A stretch of 64,000 nucleotides of DNA, taken from assembly GCA_963748295.1 (NCBI GenBank), contig CAVVIH010000005.1, positions 459,500-523,499 on the forward strand, written 5' to 3'. Of the stretch, positions 37,607 to 48,338 are shown one piece after another. A model generated the notes under the pieces. It was not told where the DNA came from and did not search any database. It worked only from the letters and a program-made list of their open reading frames with translations. Origin of the DNA: an uncultured Acidobacteriota bacterium (GTDB lineage: Bacteria > Acidobacteriota > Vicinamibacteria > Vicinamibacterales > 2-12-FULL-66-21). The position numbers were made by a program, and so were the translations under genes. The first letter of the stretch is position 1; every line of letters starts with the position of its first letter.

Positions 37607-40600
37607 TTATTTCTTCGGCCGGGCAAGCGATTCGTAGTAGCGCGCGATCAGTTTGCTGTAGGCATCAGGCACGCGATCGCTGCCGCCCGCGCTGAGCCGA
37701 TCCTGTGCCGCCTGTTTCGCCAGCCGCGCGGACGCGGTCGCCTCGGTCCGCTCGAGGGCCAGGTTGATGTCTTTCCGAAGCGACTGCCAGCCGCTGAAGT
37801 CCTGCTTGAACGCCTGGGTGCCGGGATCGGCCTGGCTCCACTCGTGCTTTTCGGGCGAGGTGCCGCCGACGCCGCTCTGCGGCGCGCTCTGCTGCATGCG
37901 TCCGAGCGTTTCGCGCGCCTGCTGGAGCTCGCGCGCGTACTCCTGCCGCAGCCGCTGCAGTTCGGATTCGGCGTCTGCGCCCGCCTTGCCAGACCGTCCG
38001 CCTTCGCGGCCGCCGGCCTGCTGCTGACGCGCCTCGGCGTCCGCGATTTGCCGTTCGAGCCGATCGAGCCGATTCCTGATCGCGCGTGTCTGATCGAGCT
38101 GGTTGCCCGACTCGCGCGCGTCGGCCCTCGTTCCGCCGAGCTGCTGCACGACCTTGTCGAGCGTGCGGGCGAGCTGTTCTTCCGCCGCGCCGGCGCCGCC
38201 GCCCTCGCGCATCTGCTTCGCGCCCTCGCGCATCCGCCGGCCGATCTGCTCGCGCTCGAGCTCCTGCGCCGCTTCCTTGAAACGCGCGCCGGCGGCATCC
38301 TTCGCCAGGCTCGTGACGTCGCGCTGGAGCGCGTCCATCCGATCGGCGAGCTGCTCCTTTTCGCCCGACAGCCGGCGGCGCGCCTCGGCGGTGCTGCCCT
38401 GTCCTTTCCCGAGGCGATCGGCTTCGGCGGCGATGCGCCGCTGCTCCTCGGCAATCTGCTGCGCTTCGAGCTGCAGCTCGCCGGCGGCGCGCTGCCGCGA
38501 CTCGGGACTGTCGCTGCGCATCTGCCGCTCCAGATCGCGAAGACGTTCGGCCGCCCTCGCCGACTGCTCGGCCGCGGCTTTCGGATCGCCGCGCTGCAGC
38601 TCGCTCGCGCTGCCGCGCATCTGCTCGGCGGCGTCCTTCATGCCGGCGCTGTTCTGCGACTGCTGGCGGCCGCTTGGCGATTGTCCGGCCTTGCCGTCCT
38701 GCGATTGCGATTGCCCCTGGGCGTTCTGCTCGCTCTTCCGCCGCGCGAGCTCCTCCATCTGCTGGCGGAGCTCGTCCTGCTCGCGCGTCAGGCGTTCGAG
38801 CTGGCGCTTGCGCTCTTCCGCCGACAGCTTCTCGAGCTCCTCGACTTGACGGTTGATCTCTTCCTGCCGGCGCGCCAGGTCGCGGATCCGTTCGAGGGCG
38901 TCATCCTGCTTCTTCTGATCGGGACGTTCCTCGATCTGGGACCTGGACTCGTAGTTGGTGCGCTGGTGCCGCTGCAGCTCCTTGTCGAACAGCGCCGACA
39001 GATCCTCGCCCTGCCTGCCGGAGCCGCTTCCCGAGGAATTGTTCGCCGACTGCTGCATGACTTCGCGCCGCCGGACTTCCGCCTGCGCCTGCAACAGCCC
39101 CTGGAGCGCGGCCATCTCGTGTGCCAGGGCATCCTTGGTCTTCTCGCCCTGCAGGTGTTCGACCGCCCGCTGCATCGAGGCGACAGCGTTCGAGACCGGG
39201 TCGCCCGAGGACGCCCTGGGGGGCCCGGGCTGCGGCATCTGCAGGCGCTGGGGCGGCTGGAAGCGCCCGCGCGTGCGTCTCGACGTCATCTGCTCCGCCC
39301 GCGCCTTCAGCTCCGCCTGCGCCTGCGCGACCGCCTGCACGTCCTTCGACGAACGGCCGGCGTCCGATCGCCGCTCGATGTTCCAGGTCGCGCTGATGAT
39401 CTCCTTCTGTCCCGCGATCAGGCTTTCGATCTGCTGGCTCGAGGCCCCGCCGCCGCCCGACTGGCTCTCCGCCGCGACGAACTCTTCGCTGAACGGGCGC
39501 ACCTCGAGGAAGTACATGTCGCTGCGCGTCTCGGTCGGCCGCTTGCCGCGGCCGACGTCGCGCGCCCGCGCGTAATACGTGATCACGTCCCCCGGCCTGA
39601 CGTTCAGGTCTTCCGCCGCCAGCAGATGGGATCCCACACGCACGACGTCAGACCCTGACGTCTTCGCGAATGGTACGGTCTTCGTCTGTCCGCCCGGAAC
39701 CGAGTAGACGAGCTCGAGCGCATCGATGCCGTAGTCGTCCTCGGCGCGCGCCTCGATCGCGACCTCTTCGAGCGGCGTGATCTGCTGATCGCCGGCCGGA
39801 CGAAGGATCCGCACATCGGGCGGCCGATCGTCCATCAACCGGATGAAGTATTCGCTGTCGGTATCGATGCTCAACCCGTCGGCGTCCGCGAGGCGGATCC
39901 GGTAGGCATCGTCGCGCGCGAGCACGAGATCGCCCTCGAGCACGCGCTCTGCCGCCCGCGAGAACGGCCGCGCCGTGCCACCCGCCAGCGTCATCTCGCC
40001 CGACGACACCGGCTTGTCTACGTGAACGCGGAAGCGCACCTTCGTGCCTTTCGGGGCATAGATGTCGCCGCCGTCGTCTTCGGTGCGCGGCCGGAGACCG
40101 GTGAAGGCGGGATACTCGTAGCGCAGCTCGATGCGTTCGATGCGCGGGGGGAACAGCGCGGAGACGGTGTATTCCTGCGAGCGTGCGCGGCCGGCGGCAA
40201 CCTGGTATTTGAACGTGCGATCCACCGATTCGAACGCAAACGCAAAGGCGCCGCCGCTCGACTCCATCGCGACGGAGCGTTGCTGGTTGCCGGCCGTAAC
40301 GGCAAGCTGCGGCGTCAGCTGCGTGAAGACGCGGCCGCGCGCTTTCATCGTCACGCGAATCTCGAGAGGCTTCCCGGCGATGAGCTTCACATCGCCCGGG
40401 TGTACCTCGATCTGGATCGCGCCCGGCCACAGCATGATCCACGCGGTTTCGATTGCGCGGCCGAGCGGCGGCGTCGACATGGCGAGGACGATCACCAGCG
40501 TTGAAAGGCCGGCGGCGGCCGCGAGCGCGCGACGGCGCAGACCTTCGGTCGACACGATGTGCGCCGGCGTAATGTCGTCGAGCCGGCGGACGGCCGCGGC

Positions 40601-40978
40601 AACCAGCAGCGGCCGGAATGCCGGATCCGCCGCGAGGTGCGAATCCACCGCCGTCACCAGCGCATCGTCGAAGGCGAGTACTCCGGGAAGCGAGGCGGCA
40701 CGCTCCTCGACGAACCGTGCCACCTGCTCGTCGGTCGGGCGCGGATGCATGCCGCGCGCGACCGCGATGGCTGCGCCAACCGCTGCAACCACCGTCGCCA
40801 GCCCGAGCAGCACGAGCAGCGCGCCCGCAGGCGCGAACAACCCGTAGGTGACAAGTCCTGCCAGGCCTGGAATGGCGGCGGCGGCGGAGGCGCGGGCGGC
40901 CACCCGGAGGCCTTCGTCGGCGAACCAGCGGCGCCGCACGGCGGCGAGAAACTCGCGTAACTGCTCGTTCGTATCCAT
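37607..40978 (-). CDS. DUF4175-like large membrane protein with a long charged coiled-coil/low-complexity region
   Basis: 1123 aa. It has an N-terminal TM hairpin, a roughly 500-aa E/R/Q/A-rich segment, and the C-terminal DRVPDAYSKLIARYYESLARPKK typical of DUF4175. Confidence 0.65.
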   Translation of the reverse strand: MDTNEQLREFLAAVRRRWFADEGLRVAARASAAAAIPGLAGLVTYGLFAPAGALLVLLGLATVVAAVGAAIAVARGMHPRPTDEQVARFVEERAASLPGVLAFDDALVTAVDSHLAADPAFRPLLVAAAVRRLDDITPAHIVSTEGLRRRALAAAAGLSTLVIVLAMSTPPLGRAIETAWIMLWPGAIQIEVHPGDVKLIAGKPLEIRVTMKARGRVFTQLTPQLAVTAGNQQRSVAMESSGGAFAFAFESVDRTFKYQVAAGRARSQEYTVSALFPPRIERIELRYEYPAFTGLRPRTEDDGGDIYAPKGTKVRFRVHVDKPVSSGEMTLAGGTARPFSRAAERVLEGDLVLARDDAYRIRLADADGLSIDTDSEYFIRLMDDRPPDVRILRPAGDQQITPLEEVAIEARAEDDYGIDALELVYSVPGGQTKTVPFAKTSGSDVVRVGSHLLAAEDLNVRPGDVITYYARARDVGRGKRPTETRSDMYFLEVRPFSEEFVAAESQSGGGGASSQQIESLIAGQKEIISATWNIERRSDAGRSSKDVQAVAQAQAELKARAEQMTSRRTRGRFQPPQRLQMPQPGPPRASSGDPVSNAVASMQRAVEHLQGEKTKDALAHEMAALQGLLQAQAEVRRREVMQQSANNSSGSGSGRQGEDLSALFDKELQRHQRTNYESRSQIEERPDQKKQDDALERIRDLARRQEEINRQVEELEKLSAEERKRQLERLTREQDELRQQMEELARRKSEQNAQGQSQSQDGKAGQSPSGRQQSQNSAGMKDAAEQMRGSASELQRGDPKAAAEQSARAAERLRDLERQMRSDSPESRQRAAGELQLEAQQIAEEQRRIAAEADRLGKGQGSTAEARRRLSGEKEQLADRMDALQRDVTSLAKDAAGARFKEAAQELEREQIGRRMREGAKQMREGGGAGAAEEQLARTLDKVVQQLGGTRADARESGNQLDQTRAIRNRLDRLERQIADAEARQQQAGGREGGRSGKAGADAESELQRLRQEYARELQQARETLGRMQQSAPQSGVGGTSPEKHEWSQADPGTQAFKQDFSGWQSLRKDINLALERTEATASARLAKQAAQDRLSAGGSDRVPDAYSKLIARYYESLARPKK

Positions 40979-40998
40979 GACGTCGTTATCCGATCGCG

Positions 40999-42842
40999 CT
41001 ACGCCCGCACCCTTCCGACGAACGATTCCGCGACCAGCGCGGCCAGCATCAGCAACAACCCGTACCGCCAGTAGCTCTGACTGGCCTCCGCCTCCTGGGC
41101 CTGCAAGGCCAGGGCAGGCGCGGTGTCGCCGGAAGTCCTGAACATCGCCTTGAAGTCGTCGGCGTTCAACCGCATCGTGTCCGCTTCGCGCGCGTCCACG
41201 TTGACGGTGATGGCGCGCCGTCCGCCCTCGAGCTGGTACACGCCCGGCCGCGCGTCGACCCCGGCGGGCGCCTCGCCCACGGTGAAATCGCGGGCCGCTT
41301 CATGACGGCTCGCGGCGTGACGCGCGGTTTCGATCACGAACGGCACGAACGCGGGGTGCAGCGGAAAATCGTTCCAGCGCCGATCGAGGTCCGACGCGAA
41401 CAGCACCACCCGTCCCTTGCCTTCCATGCGCTCGAGCAGCGCGGGCGCGCCGTTGCTGAACCTGGCGGCAATCTCCCATCCGTCCGGCGCGACACGCCAC
41501 GCGCGGTCGAACCGGACCTGGCCGAGATTGGCGAGCAGCGGGCCAAAGGGGCTGAAGATGGGATGGCGGAGATCCGTCGCGGCGAACCGCAGCGGCACGT
41601 CACGCAAGTCGATCGGCGAGAGCGACGGCTGCCACCCGAAGACAGTCGAGAGGACGGCGCCCTCGAGGTCGGGCGCCGCGGTGATCAGCAGCCCGCCGCC
41701 GGCGCGGGTAAATGCCGCGACGGTCTCGCGGGCGCGCCGATCGAGGCCCCGCGTCGCCGTCAGTACAATCAGCGACGTCTCCGACAGCTTCTCCGCCGGG
41801 AGCTTCGAAAACGCGGGTCCGGTCGTCCTGTCCACCGCAACCCCGCCTTCGTCGGCAGACGCGGATTCGAGCGCACGCGCGACATAGAATCCGTTGCTCG
41901 AACCGTACGACACGATCAGCACGCGCGGCTGCGCGCCCGATCCCAGCGCACGAAAGCGGGTATCGTCCGCGGCGAATCCGTCCGGATCCTCGAGCGACAG
42001 GGCGACGCTGCCCGACACGGGCGTGCGTATCTCGATCGGGACGTCGATCGAGGAAGCCGGCGCCGCGTCGTAGGCGACGGTGGTCAGCTCCCGATCGTCA
42101 TGCCGCACCCGCAGCCGGCCAGACTTCCGCTGGCTCCAGCCGTTGTGCAGCGTTGCGACGAACCGTTCGGGCTCGACACTCACCGCGGTAATCGACAGGT
42201 TTCCGCGTGCTGGTCCTACATCCTGCAGGTCGACCGTCCATCCCGTCGGCAGCGACATCGGCTGCGCGCCCTCCCATCCCGAACGCTGCAAGTCGCTGAC
42301 GATCACCAGCGTGCCGCCGCCACCCTCCGCAACCTCCGCCGCCTTGCGAACGAGCGGCGCGTAGCGGGTCGCCCCGAACGACGGTGACAGTTCCGCGAGC
42401 GACGCCTTCGCGTCCGCCTTGGTACCGGGCTCGGCGACGAGCTGCGCCCGTTCGTCGAAGGCAATCACCGCCACTCGTTCGCCGGACGGCGCGCTGTCGA
42501 TGGCGCCGCGCGCCAGATCCAGCGCTTTCGCGAACTGACCGGCGCCGCTCATGCTGTACCGAGCGATCGATGGCAATGACGCGCGTGCCCGGCGAGGCCG
42601 CCGACGGCGCGTACAGGCCTGGCAAAGGCCGCGGCGAGCAGAAGCAGCGCGGCGACGCGGGCCGCCAGCAACAACAGGTCCTGCAGGCGACGGCGCCTGG
42701 AACGCTGGATCGGCGAGCGCCGCAGCAGGCGCACCGCCGTGAACGGGACCTCCGGCGCGACGTCGCGGCGGAGCAGGTGCAGCACGATTGGGATCGCGAT
42801 CGCGATGGCGCCGAGCAGGAACGCGGGGTAGAGGAAGGACAT
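40999..42842 (-). CDS. BatA_N-domain / vWA-like membrane protein (2 frame slips near 42610 and 42555)
   Basis: MSFLYPAFLLGAIAIAIPIVLHLLRR (aerotolerance-regulator N-terminal motif) | YAPSAASPGTRVIAIDRS | YSMSGAGQFAKALDLARGAI...VIVSDLQ... with a C-terminal TM helix YWRYGLLLMLAALVAESFV. Confidence 0.7.
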
Positions 42843-42854
42843 GCGCCGCTCCCG

Positions 42855-43766
42855 CTACTTTCTCCGGCTCCGCGCGTCCAGGTACGCCAGCAGCGCGAAG
42901 TCCAGCGGCTGCGACGTGTCCAGCTGGACGTAATCGATGCCGGCGCCGCGCAGCGCGCGATCGTACTTGAGGGTCAGGCCGGCCAGCTCGCGCAGATACG
43001 CGGTGCGGATGCTCGCCGGTTCCGTCACCAATTCCTGATCGCTCTCGAGATCCTTGAACTTCGCCGAACCCTTGAACGGAAACGTCAGCTCGTTCGGATC
43101 GAGGAGCTGGAAGACGATCACGTCGGAGCCGCGGAACTTCAGGTGCCGCAGGCCCTGGATGATTGGCTCCGGCTCGTCGAGGAGATCCGAAATCAGCACC
43201 ACCAGGCTGCGTTTGAGCAGCGCCTCCGCGAGCTGGTGAAGCGGCCGCCCGACGTCGGACCGCTTGCCGGCCTGGATGCGCTCGAGGCCGAGCAGCAGCG
43301 CGTTCAGGTGGCCGGGGCGCGCGCTCGCGGGAAGCCGGAACGCGATCTTCTCGTCGAACGCCATCAGCCCCGTTGCATCGCGCTGACGATGCATCAGGAA
43401 CGCGAGCGACGCCGCGAGCACCGACCCGTACTCCATCTTGCTCATCGGCGCGGCGCCGCGATACGCCATCGAGGCGCTGACGTCGAGCAGCAGGTGGCAC
43501 TCGAGATTGGTTTCTTCTTCGTACTTCTTGACGTAGTAGCGATCGCTGCGCGCGAACACCTTCCAGTCGAGCGTGGACAGATCGTCGCCGGGAAGGTACT
43601 GGCGGTATTCGGCGAACTCGACGCTGAACCCTTTGTAGGGACTTCGATGCAGACCGGAGAGGAACCCCTCCACCACCGTCCGCGCCTTCAGCTCCATCGT
43701 CCCCAGCCGGGCGATGATGGCGGGGTTCAGGAAGCGGAGATCGCGGGTAGCGGCGGTGTCGGCCAT
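42855..43766 (-). CDS. DUF58 (vWA-like) protein
   Basis: GLHRSPYKGFSVEFAEYRQYLPGDDLSTLDWKVFARSDRYYVKKYEEETN and LLLDVSASM. It is the classic MoxR partner. Confidence 0.85.
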   Translation of the reverse strand: MADTAATRDLRFLNPAIIARLGTMELKARTVVEGFLSGLHRSPYKGFSVEFAEYRQYLPGDDLSTLDWKVFARSDRYYVKKYEEETNLECHLLLDVSASMAYRGAAPMSKMEYGSVLAASLAFLMHRQRDATGLMAFDEKIAFRLPASARPGHLNALLLGLERIQAGKRSDVGRPLHQLAEALLKRSLVVLISDLLDEPEPIIQGLRHLKFRGSDVIVFQLLDPNELTFPFKGSAKFKDLESDQELVTEPASIRTAYLRELAGLTLKYDRALRGAGIDYVQLDTSQPLDFALLAYLDARSRRK

Positions 43767-43768
43767 CG

Positions 43769-44809
43769 CTACATCCCGCTTCGCGGTGGGGGCACCGCCT
43801 CGAGGAGCTTCTCCACGAGTTTGTCCGACGTGATGCGCTCGGACTCGGCGTAGAAGTTCGGGATGACACGGTGCCGCAGCACCGGCAGCGCCAGCGCCTG
43901 GATGTCGCCGACCGAGACGTGATATCGCCCGTGCAGCAGCGCGCGCGCCTTCCCGGCGAGGATGAGCGCCTGCGACGCCCGCAGCCCGGCGCCCCACTTC
44001 ACCCATTCGCGCACGAACGCATGATCGGTCTGGCGGCCGGGCCGCGAGGCGTCGACCAGCCTGACCGCGTATCTCGCGACATCTTCCGCGACCGCCACCT
44101 GCCGGACGAGCTGCTGGATTTCGAGGATGTCCGGTCCGCCCAGCACCCGATCGGGCACCTCCATGTTGACGCCAGTCGTTTGCGTCACCACCCTGACTTC
44201 CTCGTCCTCCGCGAGGTAGGTCATCACGACGTTGAACATGAACCGATCGAGCTGCGCCTCCGGAAGCGGATACGTGCCTTCCAGCTCGATCGGGTTCTGC
44301 GTGGCGAGCACGAAGAAGGGCGGATCGAGCGCATAGGTGCGGCCCGCCGCGGTGACGTGGTACTCCTGCATCGCTTCGAGCAGCGCCGCCTGCGTCTTCG
44401 GCGGCGTGCGGTTGATCTCGTCGGCGAGGATGATCTGCGCGAAGATCGGCCCCTTCATGAAGCGCAGCGAACGGTGCCCGTCCTCCTCGTCGAGCACTTC
44501 CGTGCCGGTGATGTCGGCGGGCATCAGGTCCGGGGTGAACTGAATGCGCTTGAACGAGAGATCCAGGATCTGCGCGAGCGTCTTGATCAGCAGCGTCTTC
44601 GCCAGTCCAGGCACGCCGGTGATCAGGCAATGGCCTCCCGTGAAGAGCGCCATGAGCACCTGATCGATGACCTGATCCTGACCGACGATCACCTTGCGGA
44701 TCTGCGTGAGGATGCGCTCCCGTCCCACCGACACCCGCTCGGCGACGGCGGGGAGGTCGGCCGGCGATGCGGCGGTTCTCTTCAGGCCAAATGCGGCAGT
44801 CGTGTCCAT
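43769..44809 (-). CDS. MoxR-family AAA+ ATPase
   Basis: HCLITGVPGLAKTLL (Walker A), ILADEINRTPPKTQAALLEAMQE (Walker B / sensor), and VLATQNPIELEGTYPLPEAQLDRF. The preferred start MDTTAAF is at 44809. Confidence 0.92.
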   Translation of the reverse strand: MDTTAAFGLKRTAASPADLPAVAERVSVGRERILTQIRKVIVGQDQVIDQVLMALFTGGHCLITGVPGLAKTLLIKTLAQILDLSFKRIQFTPDLMPADITGTEVLDEEDGHRSLRFMKGPIFAQIILADEINRTPPKTQAALLEAMQEYHVTAAGRTYALDPPFFVLATQNPIELEGTYPLPEAQLDRFMFNVVMTYLAEDEEVRVVTQTTGVNMEVPDRVLGGPDILEIQQLVRQVAVAEDVARYAVRLVDASRPGRQTDHAFVREWVKWGAGLRASQALILAGKARALLHGRYHVSVGDIQALALPVLRHRVIPNFYAESERITSDKLVEKLLEAVPPPRSGM

Positions 44810-45645
44810 CAGTGCGTCAGCGAGTAGATGATTTCGTTGATCTGCATCCGGTAGGCCTGCGCGGTGAACCGCACGTAGCCGGGATAGTCCGTGACGTTGG
44901 ACCACTCCCAGCCATCGCCCATGTCGGTATTCCAGTTGATCAGCACCATCGCGCGGCCGTTGTCGTCCTCGATGGCGCGCAGGCGCGCCACGTAGCCGCC
45001 CTTTTCCCAGGTTCGTCCAGAGAGAAACGAGCCGAGCCCGGGGGTCTGCGGGTATTCGTCAATCTGATAGAAGCAGTTGAAGATCGGATGCTGCGGCGGC
45101 AGATCGACGATGCGCCGGTCCGGGAACACGCGCTTCAGCTCGCGCTCGAGGTTCGCCCATTCGACCGGACCATGGAAGTCGTCGAACGTCAGCGTGCCGC
45201 CGCGCAGCAGGAACTCGCGGAGCAGCGGAACCTCCGAATCGCGCAAGCGAAGCGTCCCGGGTTCGACGATGTAGATCCAAGGGAGAGTCCACAACGCGGG
45301 ATCTTCGATCGACACCACCACCGGATCGTTGACCTGGATGGATGTGACGGTCTTCACGCGCCGCGAGAGGTTCTGCTCCGCCGCCGGGTAGTCGATCGTC
45401 CAGCACTCGTTGTACGCGTCGCAGCCCTGAGAGGCCGGAACGTTCCAGGCCTGGTAGTGGATGCGCGCGAACGTCCATTGCAGGCCGGCGAATCGCGCGT
45501 CGGGCAATTGCGGATTCTGGGCGGTGGCTTCCGGCGTCAGCGCGGAGGAACACAGCCACAGCAGCGCCGCGGCGCACCCGAGCGCCGGGACCGCGCGCGC
45601 CAGGGCCTGCCCTGAGCGAGCCACGCGAGTCGAACGGCCGATCAC
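44809..45645 (-). CDS. DUF4159 domain protein (secreted)
   Basis: WTIDYPAAEQNL...LPWIYIVEPG...LREFLLRGGTLTFDDFHG...NWNTDMGDGWEW. GTGA start/stop overlap with the upstream gene. Confidence 0.75.
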   Translation of the reverse strand: MIGRSTRVARSGQALARAVPALGCAAALLWLCSSALTPEATAQNPQLPDARFAGLQWTFARIHYQAWNVPASQGCDAYNECWTIDYPAAEQNLSRRVKTVTSIQVNDPVVVSIEDPALWTLPWIYIVEPGTLRLRDSEVPLLREFLLRGGTLTFDDFHGPVEWANLERELKRVFPDRRIVDLPPQHPIFNCFYQIDEYPQTPGLGSFLSGRTWEKGGYVARLRAIEDDNGRAMVLINWNTDMGDGWEWSNVTDYPGYVRFTAQAYRMQINEIIYSLTH

Positions 45646-48177
45646 TGGCGGCTCCCGCCTGGTCCGCCCGCCTGGCCGCGTCCGTCGACGATCTTGAGCA
45701 GAAGGTCCTGGGCCCGTTCGAAGCTGGGGGCGATTTCGAGCGCCGCGAGCACCTCACGCTTCGCGTCGGCGAGACGTCCGGCCGCCAGATAGCTTTCACC
45801 GAGGTCACAGTGGGCGGCCGCGAGATCCGCGGGGCCGACCGCCAGCGCGGCCTTGAACTCGCGCATCGCCAGCGGCGCGTCGCCGCGCTTGAGCGCCAGA
45901 CGTCCGAGCCCGGTGTGGCCCTGCGCGTCGAACGGATCGAGCTCGACGATGCGATCGTGCGCGACCGCGAGCGCTTTCTCGTCCTGCGCCTTCGTCGCGA
46001 GCGCGGCGAGCCGGCGCGCCGGCTCGATCGCGGTGTGATCCTGAAGCAGCAGCGCCTGGTACTCCTTGATCGCGCGCGCCGAATCGCCAAGCTTCTCCGC
46101 GAGCTCGCCCATCATCGCGTGCGGACTGTCTTCCCCGATCGCCATCGGCACCAGCGCCGCCGCCTTCTCGAGCGGCTCGAACGCCGCCTTGTCGCCCTGC
46201 GCGGCGAGCGCCGCGCCGAGCGCGAGCTGCGCCTGGTAGCTGTTCGGATGCGCGGCGGCCGCGATCTTCAGCCCGGTGATGTCGGCGCCGGCGCCGCCGC
46301 CCTTCGGCTGCTCCTTGAGCGCGGCCCGCACCGTCGAAAACCGCGCGTCGAGCGATTTGTCGAACGAAGCCTGGAGCTGATCGATCGACACGCCGAGCGC
46401 CTTGTTGATCGCGGCGTCGCCTTCGGTGCCGTCGCCGTACGCTCGCACCAGCGAGCGAAGCGCGCTGGCGCCATGGCTCTCGACGATGTGATCCACGAGC
46501 AGCGAGGCCTGGTAGTAGGCGAGCGCGATGGTTTCCGGCTTGGTGAAGCCGGAGTTGAGATCTTTGAGCTTCAGCACCTGGCCGCGCTCGAGCGCCAGCG
46601 CGAACGGCAGCTCCATGTCGCGCCCCCACGCGGGCTTCGCCTGCGTCTCCTCGTACACCGAGGTGCCTTCCGTCAGCCAGCGCGGCACGCGCTGGTTCGA
46701 CATCTGCAGCGTGATGACGTGCGCCATCTCATGCCATAACGTCGCCTGCCAGGAAAACGAACCCGGCGTGTTGCGGGCGCGCGGCGAATCCATGCTGATC
46801 ACGCGCCCGAAGCAGGCGCCGAGCGCGCCGATCAGCCCGGGCAGACCGAGGTTGCGGACGGCGAAGTCGTCGTGGTTCGGGAAGATCTCGACGAGGATCG
46901 GTCCCTTCGGCGTGAACTGGTATTTGGCCGACAGCTTCTTCAGCGCGTCCTGCGCGAGCGGCATCGCATACTCGCGGATGACCGGCGCCTCTTCGGGATC
47001 GAGCTTCAGGATGATGTCGCCTTCGCGGATCACCTCGAACTTCTCGAGCTTGTCGAGCAGCATCAGCAGGTTGTAGGTGACGCGATCGTAGGGATCTTCC
47101 TTGAACGACCGCTCGAGGGCGCGCCGCGCTTCCGCCTCCTCGCCCGTCCGCATCAGGTGCATGCCGAGGTCGCCATACGCGCGCGTGTTCGACGGATCGA
47201 GCGCGATCGCCTGCCGCGTGAGCGCCACCGCTTCGTCGAACCGGTAGTTGCGCGCCGCGAGATCGCCGGCGACTCGATAGACCTCCCCGTAGGCCGGATT
47301 GATGGCGAGGACCTGCTTCACCTGTGCTTCGAAGTCCGGACGGTTGTCGCGGACGTAGGCGATGCCGGCGAGGAGCGACCGCGCTTCGATGTGCGACGGA
47401 TTCGTCTCGAGCACCTCGTCGATCTGCTCGCGCGCTTCGGCATAGCGCGTGTTGTCCAGTTCGAGGTTGGCGAGCAGCAGGTGCGCGTCCGCCAGACCGG
47501 GATCGATCTCGAGGGCGCGCTTCGCCGCTTCGGCCGCGGCCGGCGGGTTCTCGTCGGCGAGCGTGCGCGCGAGCCCGGCATGCGCCGGCGCCCACTTCGC
47601 GTCGGCGTCGATCGCCTGCTTGAAGGCGCGCAGCGCCTCAGCCGGATTGTATTTTTCGTAGAACAGTGTGCCGAACGCGGTCTCGACCCCGGGATCGACC
47701 GGACTGGACGCGGCGCGATAGAGCGCCACCGCCTCACGCGGACGGCCGAGCGCATGCGCGGCGCGCGCGGCCCGGAACGTCGACTCGGTGTCGCCGCCGC
47801 CGCTCCCCTCACGCATCACCGTGTTCAGATGCGTCGCCGCCGACTGAGCCTGACCGATCCGCTGCAGCAGCAGCCCGAGTTCGAGCGCCGCCTCGCCGCC
47901 GGGCGTCTGCGCGGCGGCCGGCTCCAGCAGCCGGCGCGCTTCGTCGGTACTGGCCGCGGCGGACGAGAAGACGACCGAGCAGCGCGGCGGCATCGGAATC
48001 CGTCGCCGGCCGGGTTTTCGCCAGCGCTTCAGCCTCTTCCAGCCGCCCATGCGCAACCGCGCGGCGGCCCTGACGGGCGAACGACTCACCCGCCTGGCTC
48101 GTGCTCTGCGCCGATCCGAACGACGAACTGACCGTGGTCGCACACACGCCAATGAGGATGGCGGCCAGCGGCCGCAT
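45642..48177 (-). CDS. TPR-repeat protein with an embedded MA-clan HExxH metallopeptidase domain (1 frame slip near 47947)
   Basis: Signal peptide MRPLAAILIGVCATTVSSSFGSAQS (track ORF 47809-48249) | many TPR repeats; WQATLWHEMAHVITLQ...WLTEGTSVYEE (HExxH plus a downstream E); more TPR repeats at the C-terminus. Confidence 0.75.
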
Positions 48178-48338
48178 CGACACCGGGAAACGACGGTGCC
48201 CGTGTGTGCCTTGCATTGAGTTGATTCGATTATAAGACACGGTCCTCATTCACTTTGACGCCGTCCGCCTCCGCGCGGTCGTGGCTCCCTGACCGCGCTA
48301 CGGCGCGACAAGCAAGGACAAGGCCCGTTATTAGCGAG

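Noticed and set aside
40999-43869. 956-aa ORF, and the 591-aa ORF 42855-44630, as single large proteins
   Set aside because: Their N-terminal halves are Arg/Pro/Ala-rich out-of-frame read-through across the DUF58 and MoxR genes. The real genes start at 42842 and 43766.
48229-48259. Sigma-70-like promoter (GTCAAA-N19-TATAAT on the minus strand) for the TPR/MoxR operon
   Set aside because: The -10 is perfect, but the spacer is 18-19 nt and the -35 is weak. This is a single unsupported hexamer match in the only AT-rich patch, so I did not list it as a feature.
48318-48335. GTTATTA-N4-GTTATCG, an 11-bp-phased look-alike of the Pho-box motif upstream of the MoxR operon
   Set aside because: It has only two units, both with T instead of the invariant C at position 5. 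The context is not phosphate-related. It is probably coincidental.
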